Assembly (NCBI GenBank): GCA_965197645.1
Contig: OZ240219.1
Location: 2,688,001-2,752,000 of the forward strand
Length of the DNA: 64,000 bases
Reading direction: 5' to 3'
Source: Dehalococcoidia bacterium
GTDB lineage: Bacteria > Chloroflexota > Dehalococcoidia > Plut-88900
Below the pieces are notes generated by a model. The model saw nothing but the letters and a program-made list of their open reading frames with translations. It was not told the origin of the DNA and ran no database searches. This document shows, piece by piece, positions 9,530-19,327 of the stretch. Numbering within the stretch: the first letter of the stretch is position 1; each line of letters starts with the position of its first letter. Made by a program: the position numbers and the translations under genes.

Positions 9530-10591
9530 TCACGCGACGGGCCCTGTCATACGTGGTGTGGCAATCGCGCTGTTGAGCGCAGCAACAAACTTGTCCACCT
9601 CTTCAGGGCTTTGGAAGGAGCCGCTAAGACCGAGTGCACCCCCTCTTTCTTCCTGAGAGCTGCCTGGCCAGCCTGATACATCCGTTTCACGGAAGTTCTG
9701 TGGTAACCACGTTCGCAGCTCTTCCGGGTCGATTCTCAGATAATTCTTGAAGCGGGTCGCATGCACAACAAACCCCAGCCCTCCATCCTCTTCATGGGGA
9801 ACAGCCCAAACAATCAGGACCGTGCGCATTCCGCCATCGTTTAGTCGTAGCTGGTACCACACCCTATTCTTGTATGGCTCGGCGGAGAGGACGCCGCGGA
9901 CGGCATTTCTTACTCGAGGGTACAAAGTGCCTATACCGTTTTCCTCAGCCAATGCCTGAAGTCCACCCACAGTCTGGTTCAGTGTCCGCTTCGACATGGA
10001 CCGTGATTTTGCCTCAGCCTCTTCAGGCTCTATCAAGTACACTTGGGCCAATATTTCTCTGCCGCCTTTGTCTTTGAAATGCTGCACCGTAGCTACATTT
10101 ATAGGGACGTGCATGCCGGACAAGTAACGAACGATCCTCTCGGTGCTGGCATCCATTGATTCGGCAACAATCAGGGAGCGGTGATTTAGATTGAGCTCGT
10201 CTGGCAAAGGTTTCTCAAATCTTTCTTGGAATACCGAGGCTAATGAATCCGGACTACCGAAGTGTTCTTCGGCTATCTCTCTCAGTTTGTCGGCCGATAG
10301 GTCCTGCACCCACGAAGCGTAGTCCAAAACTTGAGCAGTCACTTCCCTCGGGGTTTTACCCCTCTTGAGTTCGACAACCACGGTGTCGCCTGCGCTGTCC
10401 AGGCACAATAGGTCTATCTCCTTGCCGAAACCGGTGCGTACTTGCCTCCCAATCACTAGCAGATTGGGGTCCAGCACCGAAATGTCGTTTATCAACCAGG
10501 CTTCCAGCCGCTCCTCCAATGGGATTGGGTGGCTGTGTATTTCATCAAGCTCTTGGTCGGAGATTACTTCCCAGAGGCGAACCTGTGTCAT
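9530..10591 (-). CDS. NucS/DUF91-like PD-(D/E)xK endonuclease with unknown C-terminal domain
   Basis: LEERLEAW...IGRQV...EIDLLCLD...VVVELKRG...AQVLDYA; GGAGG RBS. Confidence 0.85.
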   Translation of the reverse strand: MTQVRLWEVISDQELDEIHSHPIPLEERLEAWLINDISVLDPNLLVIGRQVRTGFGKEIDLLCLDSAGDTVVVELKRGKTPREVTAQVLDYASWVQDLSADKLREIAEEHFGSPDSLASVFQERFEKPLPDELNLNHRSLIVAESMDASTERIVRYLSGMHVPINVATVQHFKDKGGREILAQVYLIEPEEAEAKSRSMSKRTLNQTVGGLQALAEENGIGTLYPRVRNAVRGVLSAEPYKNRVWYQLRLNDGGMRTVLIVWAVPHEEDGGLGFVVHATRFKNYLRIDPEELRTWLPQNFRETDVSGWPGSSQEERGGALGLSGSFQSPEEVDKFVAALNSAIATPRMTGPVA

Positions 10592-11193
10592 CGAATCCTC
10601 CCGTTTGGGTTCATCCCGTCTGCAACGCTCTACGCCTTAGCTATTTGCTGCCAGACCGATGAGCGGGGCAAGCCGCAACGTGTCTGCCGGCACCGGAATG
10701 TGCCTCCCAAGGGTCGAGGAACGCTATCGCGCCAGCGCGCCCAGGGAGACTTCCTGCATTCGCCGAATCTCCTCGTCGCTCAGACACTGCCGAAGCCTGA
10801 GGCCGTCGTCTGCTATCTCAGAGATTTCGCTCGGGTCCATCGTCGAAAGGTCGTAAGCGTCAGGATTGATCAAGGCCACGTAGTGCTGGTGCGCCCTGGC
10901 AAAGTCAGCGACGCAGCTAAGGGACTCTTCGCTCAACCCTCCGGCCACCACGGGGAGCGGGGAAGGACCTGTTTGTTCATAATCCTGTCACTCTATTCAT
11001 GGATATCTGTGTGCCTGGTTCGGGGCATGGTATCCAAATGCGAACTTGATGTCATAACGGACCACCGTAGGTGAGATGTGGGTAGGGCGCAGCTATGATT
11101 ACAGTACTCGTCGTCCAACACCAGTGATGCTGCGTACACCCCACCATGAACTCCGTTCGGGAGTCGGGAGGATGGTCGACCAAGCCGGGCGCT

Positions 11194-12372
11194 CTAATAC
11201 CGCGTGATGAGTGCGCCGATGATCCCCGTCAACGGGACGACCAGCCAGGGTGGCGCCTTCCAGAACGCCAGCAGCGCGAACGCCCCGATCGCCAGGGCGA
11301 AGTCCTGGGGCGCCGCGATCGCGCTGGTCCACACCGGATCGTAGAGCGCGGCGAGGAGCAGGCCTACCACCGCCGCATTCACGCCCATCAGCGCCTTCCT
11401 GACTCTGACGAAGTCTCGTAGCCGCTCCCAGAACGGCAGCACTCCCAGGACCAGCAAGAACGATGGAGCGAATATCGCCGCCAACGCCAGCGAGCCGCCC
11501 AACCATCGAGGAGCAGTGAACTCCATCACCGTGCCGAGGTAGGCCGAGAAGGTGAACAGCGGGCCGGGTACAGCCTGAGCGGCCCCGTATCCGGCCACAA
11601 ACTCGTCCTTCGTCACCCAACCGGGCGAGACGACCTCCGCCTCCAGCAGCGGCAGCACGACGTGGCCTCCACCGAATACTAGGGACCCCGACCGGTAGAA
11701 GCTGTCTACGACCGCTACAAGCGTATCGTCGGTCAGCCGGTCCACCACCGGCAGGGCAGCCAGAAGAACGAGAAATACTATCAGCGCTATCGCCCCAACG
11801 AGCGACCCGCCCCGCTTGCCGGTCACGCGTGTACGTCGCAACTCCGGAGGTTGTAGGAACGCCAAGCCGAGCACAGCTCCCCCACCGATCACGGCCAACT
11901 GCGCCCCGATCCCACCCGTTGCCAGCACTACGACCGTCGCAAGTACAGCAATCGCGATCCGCGGCCTATCCGGCGCGAGGGTCCTTCCCATGCCCCACAA
12001 CGCCAGTGCGACCACCGCCACGGCTACGATCTTCAGGCCGTGTAGCCAGTCTGCCGCCTGCCCATCGAACTCGTGGACACCGTCTGCGAACAGGATGAGC
12101 GCAACCGCCGACGGAAGCGTGAACCCAAGCCAAGCAGCTAATCCCCCTGCGATGCCGGCGCGTCTGGCCCCTACCGCTATTCCAAGCTGACTGCTCGCCG
12201 GGCCGGGAAGAAGCTGACAGAGGGCAACAAGCTCCCCGAAGCTCGCTTCATCGAGCCACTTGCGCCGGACGACGTACTCCTGGCGGAAGTAGCCGATATG
12301 CGCTATCGGGCCGCCAAAGGATGTCAGACCCAGGCGCGTTGCGACCAGCAGGACTTCCCAGACGTTACTCAT
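11194..12372 (-). CDS. chrA: Chromate efflux transporter (long-chain CHR)
   Basis: LGLTSFGGPIAHIG, CQLLPGPASSQ, SLVFGGGHVVLPLL, AQAVPGP motifs. Confidence 0.95.
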   Translation of the reverse strand: MSNVWEVLLVATRLGLTSFGGPIAHIGYFRQEYVVRRKWLDEASFGELVALCQLLPGPASSQLGIAVGARRAGIAGGLAAWLGFTLPSAVALILFADGVHEFDGQAADWLHGLKIVAVAVVALALWGMGRTLAPDRPRIAIAVLATVVVLATGGIGAQLAVIGGGAVLGLAFLQPPELRRTRVTGKRGGSLVGAIALIVFLVLLAALPVVDRLTDDTLVAVVDSFYRSGSLVFGGGHVVLPLLEAEVVSPGWVTKDEFVAGYGAAQAVPGPLFTFSAYLGTVMEFTAPRWLGGSLALAAIFAPSFLLVLGVLPFWERLRDFVRVRKALMGVNAAVVGLLLAALYDPVWTSAIAAPQDFALAIGAFALLAFWKAPPWLVVPLTGIIGALITRY

Positions 12373-12460
12373 GGGGTTGAGTCGTCGCAGGCGAGCAGTC
12401 GCCGGAGGAGGTCTCTTCCCTAACCGGCATCAGCACCACTCCTATCCCTGCGCCGGCAGG

Positions 12461-12958
12461 TCAGGCCGGAGCGACCTCATTGAGCCCGCCGGTGACGCAA
12501 TCGTAGACGAACCCTCGGACCTGGTCTTTGTGAGGTATGAACGGGCTGGCCTGGATGCGAGATATCGACTGGCCCACGTCCGTTTCCAGGTCTCGGAACG
12601 CCTCCAGGGCAAACGCCGGCCGGAGTCCGGTGTCGGCTTCGATGGCATCTTTAATGTCGTCGTCACGGAAGGTCATCATGCCGCATTTGGTGTGGTGGAT
12701 CAGCATGACCTCGCGGGTGCCTAACAGGCGCTGAGAAATGACCAGTGAACGGATGACGTCGTCGGTGACCACGCCTCCTGCGTTGCGTATAACGTGGGCA
12801 TCGCCCTCATTCAGGCCGAGAAGCTTGTAGGTATCCAGCCGGGCATCCATGCAAACGACGACCGCCAGATTGCGAGCCGGAGGCGACGGCAGATCGCCTT
12901 TGTCGAACGTCTCGGCGTAGCGGGCATTATTGCTCAGGGCTTCCTCGATTGCCGTCAT
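12461..12958 (-). CDS. Beta-class carbonic anhydrase (clade D-like)
   Basis: CMDAR, IRNAGG, HHTKCG zinc ligands. Confidence 0.93.
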   Translation of the reverse strand: MTAIEEALSNNARYAETFDKGDLPSPPARNLAVVVCMDARLDTYKLLGLNEGDAHVIRNAGGVVTDDVIRSLVISQRLLGTREVMLIHHTKCGMMTFRDDDIKDAIEADTGLRPAFALEAFRDLETDVGQSISRIQASPFIPHKDQVRGFVYDCVTGGLNEVAPA

Positions 12959-12984
12959 CGGGGGCTCCTTCCGGAAACAGGATA
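12810..12984. repeat. 175-bp direct repeat copy 1 (carbonic anhydrase 5' end plus RBS)
   Basis: Matches 13884-14058 with 8 mismatches by manual alignment. Confidence 0.95.
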
Positions 12985-13065
12985 AGGGTCTCGGTCTTAA
13001 CGGTTCGCAAACATCGGCGCCGGAGAGTACTCAGAGCCTGCCCGCTCCATATAGTCTACAATGGC

Positions 13066-13383
13066 TCACGCTCCACCCACTCGTGTCGTTTCTCGTCGCT
13101 GCACACGTTCTTCGATCTGCGGCCCGGACTCGATTTCCGCCACGCGCAACTCGAATGCCTTCTGTAGGTTCTGCCATAGTTGAGGAGTGGTGCCGAAGTA
13201 TCGGGCAAGGCGAAGAGCCGTATCAGCCGTTACCCCCCTCTGTCCCTTCAGAATTGCCGTGACTCGATTCGTGGGTACATCCAGAGCCTTAGCGAGCGCG
13301 TTAGCCGACAACCCAAGCTCCTCAAGCTCCTCAGCCAATATCTCGCCTGGGTGCACAGGCCTCATCCCGTTGCTTACACTCAT
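13066..13383 (-). CDS. higA: HigA antitoxin
   Basis: MRPVHPGEILAEEL...VTADTALRLARYFGTTPQLWQNLQ. Confidence 0.95.
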   Translation of the reverse strand: MSVSNGMRPVHPGEILAEELEELGLSANALAKALDVPTNRVTAILKGQRGVTADTALRLARYFGTTPQLWQNLQKAFELRVAEIESGPQIEERVQRRETTRVGGA

Positions 13384-13393
13384 GTCCAACTCC

Positions 13394-13675
13394 TCACCTA
13401 TGGTAGTCCACGACCTCCACATCGTACGGTCCGTCATCTTCCCAGCGGAAGCATATTCGCCACTGGCGGTTGATCCGGATGCTGTGCTGGCCCGATCGGT
13501 CACCGGAAAGGGCCTCTAGCCTGTTGCTGGGCAATCCAGCCAAATCTTGTAGGGAGTCAGCGTTATACAGTACCGTGAGTCGACGCGTTGCCTGATCCGC
13601 GAACCCGCGGAAGGCCCGGACAGACTGACCCCTAAAGAACCTCTCGGTCCTCCGATCTTTAAATCCTCGAATCAT
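13394..13675 (-). CDS. higB: HigB toxin (RelE/ParE superfamily)
   Basis: LPSNRLEALSGDRSGQHSIRINRQWRICFRW...VVDYH; toxin-first order. Confidence 0.95.
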   Translation of the reverse strand: MIRGFKDRRTERFFRGQSVRAFRGFADQATRRLTVLYNADSLQDLAGLPSNRLEALSGDRSGQHSIRINRQWRICFRWEDDGPYDVEVVDYHR

Positions 13676-13677
13676 TG

Positions 13678-13692
13678 TAACGCCTTACGTAA
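13678..13692. promoter_or_regulatory. Putative HigA operator at the higB promoter
   Basis: Near-palindrome TAACG-N5-CGTAA immediately upstream of the higB ATG, overlapping a minus-strand TACAAT. Confidence 0.55.
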
Positions 13693-13883
13693 TAGATATA
13701 CAAGATGCTACCATACGGGAGTAGGATTCGCGGAGGGAGGGCCTGGAACTGAGCTGCCCGAGTGTAAACCGATGCCGAGACCGATAGCTGATCCTCAGCC
13801 CGTCGGTAGGCGTCTTCGCTTAGTCGCTGGTGGTTCCTGTAGAGGCTGTAGCTTGAAGCCGAAGCCCCAAGGCACGCACTACT

Positions 13884-14058
13884 TTCAGACCCAGAAGCTT
13901 GTAGGTATCCAGCCGGGCATCCATGCAAACGACGACCGCCAGATTGCGAGCCGGAGGCAACGGCAGATCGCACTTGTCGAAGGTCTCGGCGTAGCGGGCA
14001 TTATTGCTCAGGGCCTCCTCGATTGCCGTCATCGGGGACTCCTTCCGGAAACAGGATA
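13884..14058 (-). pseudogene. Truncated carbonic anhydrase 5' fragment (direct repeat copy 2)
   Basis: First ~50 codons nearly identical to 12461-12958, then diverges; ORF stops at 13820. Confidence 0.9.
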
Positions 14059-14059
14059 G

Positions 14060-16000
14060 CTAGCTCGTTAGCAGGGCCTGGGCGGCCAATTCGAGTCGCG
14101 TTGGGTTACCTTCATGGTCTGTAGGGATACTAGCAAATGCCTCGTTGGACATAGCCAGCTGTTTCACTAGCAAGGGAGAGTAATCTTCCTTTCCTAGATT
14201 GTCAGACTTCAAGAACCTGTTCAAATCCTGGTTATGTGTTTCGTTAAATGCTTTCTCACTGTATGCCGAATTCGGTGCACCGGGTGTCAGATACTGGTCA
14301 AGTAACATGACAGCAGCCTTACGCAGCAAGTTAAATTGTGCCTCGGCACCTGGCGACGTAAGCTTGACTACAGCCTCTGTGAGGGCGCTCGTTACCACAG
14401 GCGGCTTACGGAATTGAGGAGTTAGACGTATCACATTCTCGAGCATACTCATCAGGATGTGATAGAACAAATGCCTGGACAACCGCCTACTGGGGCGATC
14501 AGGGTCAGCCTTGCGGCCGAATCCAATCTGATCTGCCGCACTTTGAATTTTGTACGCCGCGTACAGATCAGTTTCTCCGAATGGAGGCTCTGTCTCAGGA
14601 CGATCAATAATGCGCCGATATGTGGAACCGTCAGGTGGAAAGAATGCGGCGTTCTTTGAGAAGGCCGTTCCCGGAGCGCCGAGCCAGCCAGCACCGTAGG
14701 TCTTTATCAGTTTAAGCGCATTAACGTAAGCACAGACCTTCGGTTGATCGGGATGCTGTTTCTGATAAGCTTTTTGGGATTCAATGCCGCCGCGTTGAAT
14801 CTCCAGAAATATGTTGTATTGGCTTGCCATAGCTTTGGCCCATCTCTGAAAATCTGGCAGCAACGCAGCGAAATCTTGTCCGCGCACGGCATTCTGTGAG
14901 TTGGTGAATTTGGTAATTCTCCCTATCTCAGATTCCTCGCTATGCACTATCTTTGTTACGACACTGCCACGGCGAAGTCGTTCATTCCAGTCTTTAGCAC
15001 TCGCATCATCACCAGTGCCGCCAGCATTTAGCTTAGTGTCCAGTGCATGCCAAATAGTTCGCGTTGTTTGGCACCCATTGACCACATAAGGATCATGCAT
15101 GTCGATTGTTTCGTCCTGCTCCGACCTACGGTAACCTGAAACCACTATGGTTATGCCGTTGTTGTAAAGTCCAAACTTCTCAGGAGTAACGTACAAGGTG
15201 TCGAGCATATCTTTATTGACTTTTCGGCCACGGCCCAAGTAGCGGCGCAGATTCTTGTCGTAGAGTTGGTCCAGATTTGCAGTTTCGTTGCGATAGGACT
15301 TAAGGAACTTGAACAAGTCCATCAAGGAAACTGTTCCGACCAATAAAGTAGAAGTCTGACCTACGAACTCCCCCTTGACCGTCACCGTCAGTTTTGGTGG
15401 TTCGGCATCATCCAATTCTCCCCAGATGGTCCATAGCGACACTTCCTCCACGTCGAAACTGGAGACGACCTTGCTTCGACCAACGAGCTTCACCCTCTCA
15501 AGTGCTTCACGGTCTTGTTCGCTCAACGGATCTGTCGTTGCGAAGACCACAACAATGCGGTCTGCCTCCGATGCCTGAAGTCTGAATTGATCCAGTTTTT
15601 CCAGCAGCTTCTTGCTGTCTTCGGATAAACTCGGGTTGTCTCCCCTAAGCGTAGTAATGACCTTGTTGCCGTCAGCGAAAATGTCAGATGGTCCAGTGAA
15701 CGCGGTGCCATACTTGCTCTGAACTAAGTACCAAGTGTCGCCCTCAACTGATTCATTACCCTTATCCCCAACATCAATGTCCGCACGTCGTAAGTAGGCA
15801 ACGTCTATCCCCCCATCTCCGGAGCCGTCACAGACTACGAAGTCATCGTCGTCCATAGTTATATGTAACCATTGAGTCACTAGCTTGGCGGCAAACCGCC
15901 TTCCTTTGTCCAAAGGTGAGAGATTATCGGCTTCTATTTCAGCGAGCCACTGATCCTTCCATTCTTGGTAGGTGATCTTGTCATCGGTTTTAGCCACCAT
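14060..16000 (-). CDS. AIPR-family (abortive infection phage resistance) protein
   Basis: DGSGDGGID...LVQSKY nuclease-like N-terminus; NLRRYLG, YNNGITIV, VVNGCQTT, TNSQNAV AIPR motifs; AGGAG RBS; visibly AT-richer. Confidence 0.9.
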   Translation of the reverse strand: MVAKTDDKITYQEWKDQWLAEIEADNLSPLDKGRRFAAKLVTQWLHITMDDDDFVVCDGSGDGGIDVAYLRRADIDVGDKGNESVEGDTWYLVQSKYGTAFTGPSDIFADGNKVITTLRGDNPSLSEDSKKLLEKLDQFRLQASEADRIVVVFATTDPLSEQDREALERVKLVGRSKVVSSFDVEEVSLWTIWGELDDAEPPKLTVTVKGEFVGQTSTLLVGTVSLMDLFKFLKSYRNETANLDQLYDKNLRRYLGRGRKVNKDMLDTLYVTPEKFGLYNNGITIVVSGYRRSEQDETIDMHDPYVVNGCQTTRTIWHALDTKLNAGGTGDDASAKDWNERLRRGSVVTKIVHSEESEIGRITKFTNSQNAVRGQDFAALLPDFQRWAKAMASQYNIFLEIQRGGIESQKAYQKQHPDQPKVCAYVNALKLIKTYGAGWLGAPGTAFSKNAAFFPPDGSTYRRIIDRPETEPPFGETDLYAAYKIQSAADQIGFGRKADPDRPSRRLSRHLFYHILMSMLENVIRLTPQFRKPPVVTSALTEAVVKLTSPGAEAQFNLLRKAAVMLLDQYLTPGAPNSAYSEKAFNETHNQDLNRFLKSDNLGKEDYSPLLVKQLAMSNEAFASIPTDHEGNPTRLELAAQALLTS

Positions 16001-16073
16001 GGTATCCACTCCTATCAACTCTAGAGTTAACTTGCGGCCTCGGGGGTATTTCGCCTACCAAAAGTTCCAGTGT

Positions 16074-16149
16074 TGGTGGAGCTGAGGGGAGTCGAACCCC
16101 TGACCTCCTGCGTGCAAAGCAGGCGCTCTCCCAACTGAGCTACAGCCCC
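16074..16149 (-). tRNA. tRNA-Ala(TGC)
   Basis: GGGGCTGTAGCTCAGTTGGGAGAGCG-CCTGC TT TGC AC GCAGG-...GGTTCGACTCCCCTCAGCTCCACCA, 76 nt with CCA. Confidence 0.97.
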
Positions 16150-16215
16150 GAATACCGGCAGGTCAGGCTCGTACGGCAGTCGATATCGACCGGGAGCCCC
16201 GTCCAGGACTTAATT

Positions 16216-17100
16216 CTATCGGCTGGCAGGCTCTGCCACAAGGAACCGTAGGATCCTATCGTTTACCTCGTCGGGCTTTTCAAGGTGCAAGAAGTGGCCC
16301 GTGTCGGGTACAACGACCTTCTCTAACGGACCGGTGAAGAAGGGGTCCATGGCCTGGAAGGCCTCCAACCGCCGGGGGCGGTCCCGCGTGCCGTGCAGAG
16401 CGAGAGTCGGCACCGAGATGGGGGAAGCGTGTATCAGCCTCTCGGTCTCCTCCAGGGCCGGATCATGCAGCGAGGGGTTCAGTCCGTGGCGATAGTAGTC
16501 TAGGGCGGCCTTCACCACCCCGGGAGCTCTGAAGGTCTCCTTTACCCGTTCCAGGGTGCCGGATGGGATGTCCCAGTTAGGCGAAGCGTTGCGCCACCAG
16601 TCCTCCAGAAACGCGAGGTCGTTGTAGGCTACAGTGTCCTCGGCTTCCGCTAGCTGGAAGTAGAAGCCATGCCAGACGCCTCGCAGATAGTCGAAATTTC
16701 GAGATTCGGCGGAACCTGAGTGGCCGGCGCCCAGGGTCACGAGTTTGACGACCTTGGAGGGTTCCAGCGCGGAGGCGCCATAGCAGGCCTCGGCGCCCCA
16801 GTCGTGGCCTACCAGCACGGCACTATCGGCACCCAGGGCTTCGATAAGACCCAGAGCGTCCATGGCTAGGACCGCCGATTGGTACCGGCCGTCCGCGGGG
16901 ACCTCCGTAGGCCAGTAACCGCGCATGAAGGGAGCAACCGCGCGGAAGCCGGCTCCCGCCAGCCGGTCCATCAGCCGGGTGAAGGTGTAGGCGTTATCGG
17001 GAAAGCCGTGCAGGCACAGCACCAGAGGCCCCACTCCCGCTTCCAAATAGGAGAAATCCACCCCGTTGGCCCTGACTTGTTTGATCTCAGGCTGGTCCAT
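16216..17100 (-). CDS. Alpha/beta hydrolase, epoxide hydrolase-like
   Basis: LHGFP, GHDWGA, GHFLHLE. Confidence 0.92.
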   Translation of the reverse strand: MDQPEIKQVRANGVDFSYLEAGVGPLVLCLHGFPDNAYTFTRLMDRLAGAGFRAVAPFMRGYWPTEVPADGRYQSAVLAMDALGLIEALGADSAVLVGHDWGAEACYGASALEPSKVVKLVTLGAGHSGSAESRNFDYLRGVWHGFYFQLAEAEDTVAYNDLAFLEDWWRNASPNWDIPSGTLERVKETFRAPGVVKAALDYYRHGLNPSLHDPALEETERLIHASPISVPTLALHGTRDRPRRLEAFQAMDPFFTGPLEKVVVPDTGHFLHLEKPDEVNDRILRFLVAEPASR

Positions 17101-17118
17101 CGCCCTGTCTCCTCGGCA

Positions 17119-18051
17119 TCACTTGAAGTTGGGAACTATCTCCTTGCCCAATCGCTCGACCTGCCCCTTGATCCGGTCCAACGGCGCAAGAGAGTTGAAC
17201 ACGAAGTGGGTCACCCCGGCGTCTATGAATCCCTCCATGCATCGCAGGCAGTCATCCGCATTGCCAAAGGGAAACCTGCCATCGTCCTCCAGAGGCACAT
17301 AGAAGTTCCGGCGGTTGGTCAACTCCTCCTCGCTTATGCGGAGGGCCTCGTTGCGGTCGTCGTCGATATAGTAGAAGAGGTGGACGGCCTTTGTGATGTT
17401 AGATGTGTCCCTGCCCAGCTCTTCGCCGAATCTACGTATCTGGTCCACGAGCTGAACGTACTCGTCGGCGCTGACCCTCACCGGATAGAAACCGTCGCAC
17501 CACCGGGCGGTCCTTCTGAGCATCGGCTCGGAAACGCCCCCGGCCCACAGCGGCGGATAAGGCCTTTGTTGGGGCGCGGGCAGCATCTGGATATCGTCGA
17601 ACTGGTAGAACCGGCCGTGGTGGCTGACAGGCTCGCCGCTCCAGAGGCCAGTCATGATCTCTAGGCTTTCATCGGTCCTTGCGCCCCGCTCCTTGAGGTC
17701 TACTCCGCAGGCAGTAAAGGCCGTCCGGGTGCCATCGGGCGGGCCGCCCACCCCGATCCCCAGTATAAACCTGCCGTTGGAAAGGACGTCCATGGCCGCC
17801 ACCTCTTTGGCCAGCACGGCGGGATGTCTCAACGGGAGGATGACGACACCGGTGCCGACAGTGATATTGGTGGTGAGATGGAGGAACGCGCTGGCGCCCA
17901 TCATTATGTCGAGGGCAGGCGGTTCGTTGACGAAGCCTTCGGGGAGCCAGATGGAGTCCAGGCCGATATCCTCGGCGAGGTTGGCAAACTCCGGCACCGG
18001 TATGTAGTCATGGATCCGGCTGTAGTGAAACCCTATCTTAATGTCTGCCAC
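17119..18051 (-). CDS. LLM-class flavin-dependent oxidoreductase
   Basis: GLDSIWLPE, GTGVVILPLRHP, LSNGRFILGIGVG, PPLWAGG. Confidence 0.92.
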   Translation of the reverse strand: MADIKIGFHYSRIHDYIPVPEFANLAEDIGLDSIWLPEGFVNEPPALDIMMGASAFLHLTTNITVGTGVVILPLRHPAVLAKEVAAMDVLSNGRFILGIGVGGPPDGTRTAFTACGVDLKERGARTDESLEIMTGLWSGEPVSHHGRFYQFDDIQMLPAPQQRPYPPLWAGGVSEPMLRRTARWCDGFYPVRVSADEYVQLVDQIRRFGEELGRDTSNITKAVHLFYYIDDDRNEALRISEEELTNRRNFYVPLEDDGRFPFGNADDCLRCMEGFIDAGVTHFVFNSLAPLDRIKGQVERLGKEIVPNFK

Positions 18052-18121
18052 GGTGATTTTTGCCTTCCATAGAAAACGGGAGACCTGGAGACGATGAATT
18101 GCGCAAGGCCATACATTGCTC

Positions 18122-19327
18122 TCAATCGTCGGTGTGTATTGTCCTAATTTCGTTATGGGTAGGCGGCGGAGGAGCTAAACGATCTTGGTCCTTGCCAACG
18201 AGCTCAGCGAACTTGCGTCCTGCGGGAACGACGCGCCTCTCATACGAGCCAACGGACTTGTTGTAAGCTTCAACCGCCGACCCTAGTCCCTTGCCGATCT
18301 TTTCATAGTGGTCGACAAAAACGCGTAGCCGCTCGTACAGGTCTTCACCAGTTTGGCGGACTTTTTCTGCGCTTTCCGCAATTTGATATCGTTGCCAGCC
18401 ATTGGCCACGGCCCATAAGAGAGAAATCAACGACGCCGGGGTAGTGATGGCTACGCGTTTGCGCATGGCGTACTCTATCAAGTCGGAATTAGCATTCAGA
18501 GCGGCGGCTAGAAACTGGTCACCGGGGACAAACATGACCACAAAGTCAAGGGACCCGCTCACCTGCGCTCCGTAGTCCTTGCCAGCTAAGTCGTCCACTT
18601 GCTTTCGGAGGGCACCGGCGTGACGCTTCATAGCTTCGCCGACTGCCGCATCGTCATCTGCCTGCTGAGCCTCCAGGTATGCCTTCGTAGAGGCCTTAGC
18701 ATCTACTACCACCTTCCGCTGTCCGGGAAGCATGACAGTTAAATCAGGGCGGTCTCGAGACCCATTAACTTTCGCTTGCTCCGAAAAGTCACAATGCTCG
18801 ATCATGCCAGCCAGTTCCACCACTCGTCGAAGTTGTACTTCGCCCCAACTGCCTACCTGACTACTGTCGGTCAAAGCACTGGATAGCTTCTGGGTCTCGG
18901 CGGCCAGCAATTTCTCTTGCTGAATGAGGGATTCGATATTAGGGTTAAGTTTTTCGTAGTTTTCTTTCAGCGGCTTGACAAGGGCCTGGAACTGCTCGTG
19001 CTGCTGTTTGAACTCCCCCTTCGCCGATTCAAGGTTCTTCCCGAAGTTCTGCTCGGCGAGGGTTAGGAACGCTTTGTTGTTGTTCTGCAATGCATTGGCT
19101 GCCGTCGCTTGGAACGTCTCGCCGAACTTCTGGTTGGCGACTTCTACTAACTGTTTAGCATTGTCGACCTGTTCCAGTTGCCCTTCCAGACGAGCGACGG
19201 TCTCGCTGTGTTTGGACTCCGCTATGGCAATGCGAGTTTTACCCCGAAGCCCTTGTATCAACCAACACGCCAAGCCTCCAATTAAGAGCCCGACAACGAT
19301 CCCAACGATCCCGATGATTGCTTCCAT
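18122..19327 (-). CDS. rmuC: DNA recombination protein RmuC
   Basis: N-terminal TM, coiled coil, GSWGEVQL, RPD...VVDAK, DFVVMFVPGD. Confidence 0.93.
   Translation of the reverse strand: MEAIIGIVGIVVGLLIGGLACWLIQGLRGKTRIAIAESKHSETVARLEGQLEQVDNAKQLVEVANQKFGETFQATAANALQNNNKAFLTLAEQNFGKNLESAKGEFKQQHEQFQALVKPLKENYEKLNPNIESLIQQEKLLAAETQKLSSALTDSSQVGSWGEVQLRRVVELAGMIEHCDFSEQAKVNGSRDRPDLTVMLPGQRKVVVDAKASTKAYLEAQQADDDAAVGEAMKRHAGALRKQVDDLAGKDYGAQVSGSLDFVVMFVPGDQFLAAALNANSDLIEYAMRKRVAITTPASLISLLWAVANGWQRYQIAESAEKVRQTGEDLYERLRVFVDHYEKIGKGLGSAVEAYNKSVGSYERRVVPAGRKFAELVGKDQDRLAPPPPTHNEIRTIHTDD

Noticed and set aside
9510-9555. Short shared words: CCAGCGTTGAC (also near 19420, minus strand), GTTATGTCGAGT (8063/26643), GTCTGATGCAA (near 5953 and 29585)
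   Set aside because: 11-12-nt matches that do not extend; compatible with chance or generic promoter sequence
10724-10980. 75-aa minus-strand ORF, possibly frameshifted from ATG 10980
   Set aside because: No RBS or recognisable motif; cannot be supported as a gene
12373-12460. Fluoride riboswitch upstream of chrA
   Set aside because: Only a GCTGATG fragment; the pseudoknot consensus is absent
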